Shown one piece after another: positions 61,815-64,000 of a stretch of 64,000 nucleotides of DNA; position 1 is the first letter of the stretch, and each line of letters begins with the position of its first letter. The translations under genes were made by a program, and so were the position numbers. This stretch comes from Eledone cirrhosa (lineage: Eukaryota). The stretch is from positions 103,788,001-103,852,000 of the forward strand of contig OZ024742.1 of the NCBI GenBank assembly GCA_964016885.1, read 5' to 3'. The notes beneath the pieces were generated by a model. That model was given only the letters and a program-made list of their open reading frames with translations. It searched no databases and was not told where the DNA came from.

Positions 61815-64000
61815 GTAATCCTCTTTATTTCGGCCGCGGATGGCCAACATAACCCCAAACCCCTCACCGCGCCCCACCGTTCCCACCCACCAAACGCAAT
61901 CCAAAACTTCAGAGTTGGTATCATGAATGTAGGCACCTTAAAAGGCCGCTCTAACGAGGTTGTAGAAATGCTTGAACGTAAGGATGTTGATGTTTGCTGT
62001 ATCCAAGAGACCAGGTGGAGGGGTGGGTCTGCTAGATTCATTGTGGGTAAAAAACGATGCTATAAGCTTTTCTGGGTGGGAAATGACGATGGGCTGGGTG
62101 GGGTAGGAATCATGTTAGCAGAAAAATGGATAGATAAGATAATAGACGTAAATAGAGTGAACGACAGAATAATTAAAATAAGACTTGTCCTAAATAGAAC
62201 TACTGTGACAGTAATATCTGCGTACGCACCCCAATCCGGACTGCCTGGCGTTATAAAAGACAGATTCTATGAGACATTGATGCTCACTACCTCCCAAATA
62301 ACTGACAGTGACTACATAATTATTGCTGGCGACCTAAATGGTCATATTGGACAACATTGTGATGGCTATGACAGAATCCATGGAGGCTATGGGTTTGGTA
62401 CTAGAAATGAGGAAGGCTCCAGAATCCTGGAATTCTGTGACGCAAATAACCTAACTGTCTGTAAAACACTAACTTCAAAAAATGAGACAATCACTTGATC
62501 ACCTATAGATCAGGGGAACACGGCAGTCAGATAGATTATATCCTTACCAGAAGACGTGATAGAGTGTCTGTTGTAAACACTAAATCCCTCCCCCATGAAG
62601 AATGCACCTCCCAACATAGACTCATAGTCAGCGACCTCATAGTCAGGACAAGACGTCCTCGACAACAGAGGAGGACTATCCTCAGGAGAAAAATATGGAA
62701 GCTAAAGGACCCCACAACCAGTAATAAATTTAAAAGCATATTACTTGATGCTTTTGACAGTAAGGAAGAGCAATTAGTCGTACAATATAGAGGAACAGTG
62801 GGAATTCCTGAAAGCTAACCTGCTGAAGGCGGCAGATGATGTCTGTGGCTGGAGGAGAGTGACGTGGAACAGTAAGGTGGAGGAGTCAATTAAGGCCAAA
62901 AAGCAGGCTTGGAAAGTATGGCGGGATGGGCAAAGTAGAGAAGACTATCAAGTGGCCAGGGAAGCTAGGAGACAAGTGTACTTCGCAAGAAGGGAAGCAG
63001 AGGAAAGAAAGTTCAAGCACGTTCTACAATGCGAGGACCAAAAACGTGAAGTGTTCAGGATTGCTAGGCAATGTGTCAAGGAAAACAGTGATATTGTCGG
63101 GGAGAAGTGTGTCCTTAATGATGATGGTGTACTTGCCATCACTGATGCTGATAAGAACGTAGCTTGGAAGTGTCACTACAAAAGGCTACTAAATGAGGAG
63201 AATAATTGGGAGAAAGACAGTCTCCCCCACATCGATCCAATAGAGGGACCAGCAGTGCTAGTTGAAGGTAGTATAATAAGTAAGGCAATCAAAGATATGA
63301 AGACGGGTAAGGCGGGTGGGCCTTCGGAAATAGTTGCTGAAATGCTGAAAGCATCTGGAATGGTGGGACACACTATGGTCACCCGGATAGTAAACCAAGT
63401 CATACAGAATGGGGTCATTCCGAAGGACTGGCGTAGCAGCATCATCATTAACTGCTACAAGGGTAAAGGAGATGCCCTAGATAGGGGTAACTATAGAGGC
63501 ATTAAATTAATTGACCAGGTCATGAAGGTCACAGAAAAAGTAATAGCGCAACTAATCAGAGAGCGATTTGATCTAGATGAAATGCAGTTCAGGTTTGTGT
63601 CAGGTAAAAGTACCACAGACGCTCTTTTCATTGTACGACAACTACAGGAGAAGTACCTAGCTAAAATTAAATGGCTTGTGAGAGCTATATAAGCCATGTA
63701 TAAAGAAACAGTCAGCAAGGTTAGAATTAACAACGAATATAGTGAAGAGTTTAGCGTAAAAGTTGGTGTTCATCAGGACTCCGTCCTTAGCCCCCTCCTA
63801 TTTATTATTGCCCTTCAGGCTATAACAGAGGAGTTCAAGACCGGCTGCCCATGGGAACTTCTATACGCAAATGATCTAACGCTCATACTGAATCAATGGC
63901 CGAACTAGAGAAGAAATTCCAAATATGGAAGCATGGCCTAGAATCAAAAGGCCTTAAAATTAACCTGTCTAAGCACCAGTCCCATCTGGGAAATGGCCAT
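61815..64000 (+). mobile_element. RTE LINE, family A copy 4, including the AP-endonuclease; frameshifted; runs off the window
   Basis: APE motifs NVGTL, CCIQETRW, SAYAPQ, AGDLNGH, SQIDYIL, SQHRL; RT fragments with a deletion at ~63668 and YADD changed to YAND. Confidence 0.95.

Noticed and set aside
61923-62498. Host 'craniofacial development protein 2-like' gene
   Set aside because: It is the AP-endonuclease domain of the RTE LINE, contiguous with RT fragments.

Overview
AT-rich, intron-rich eukaryotic DNA, most likely from a coleoid cephalopod (octopus). That assignment is an inference from the SINE/RTE-LINE repertoire and the (GAT)n tails, not a database result. One host gene occupies the window: a Rho-associated coiled-coil kinase (ROCK) on the minus strand. 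I traced 23 coding exons by hand from 52972 down to 1 (about 2.5 kb of CDS, about 846 codons). All have GT-AG boundaries and mutually consistent phases, covering nearly all of the kinase domain, the AGC C-tail and the coiled coil. The first exons were not found in the window, and the C-terminal RBD/PH exons run off the left edge. The introns are packed with mobile DNA: four copies of a PHD-finger-bearing RTE LINE, other RTE fragments (one with a clean twin-priming-type inversion and TSD), a GC-rich CRE-clade RT-RLE element, two mariner relics, a decayed Penelope-like element, hAT/Tc1/piggyBac-like MITEs, several SINE families and many minisatellites. The most notable observations are: three hammerhead ribozyme motifs, one structurally intact; a minisatellite made by amplifying an exon's own splice acceptor, where decoy AGs lead to Met-stop; and long intronic inverted repeats able to form dsRNA. 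There is no CRISPR array, and the 834-aa ORF is most simply a 45-bp satellite artefact.
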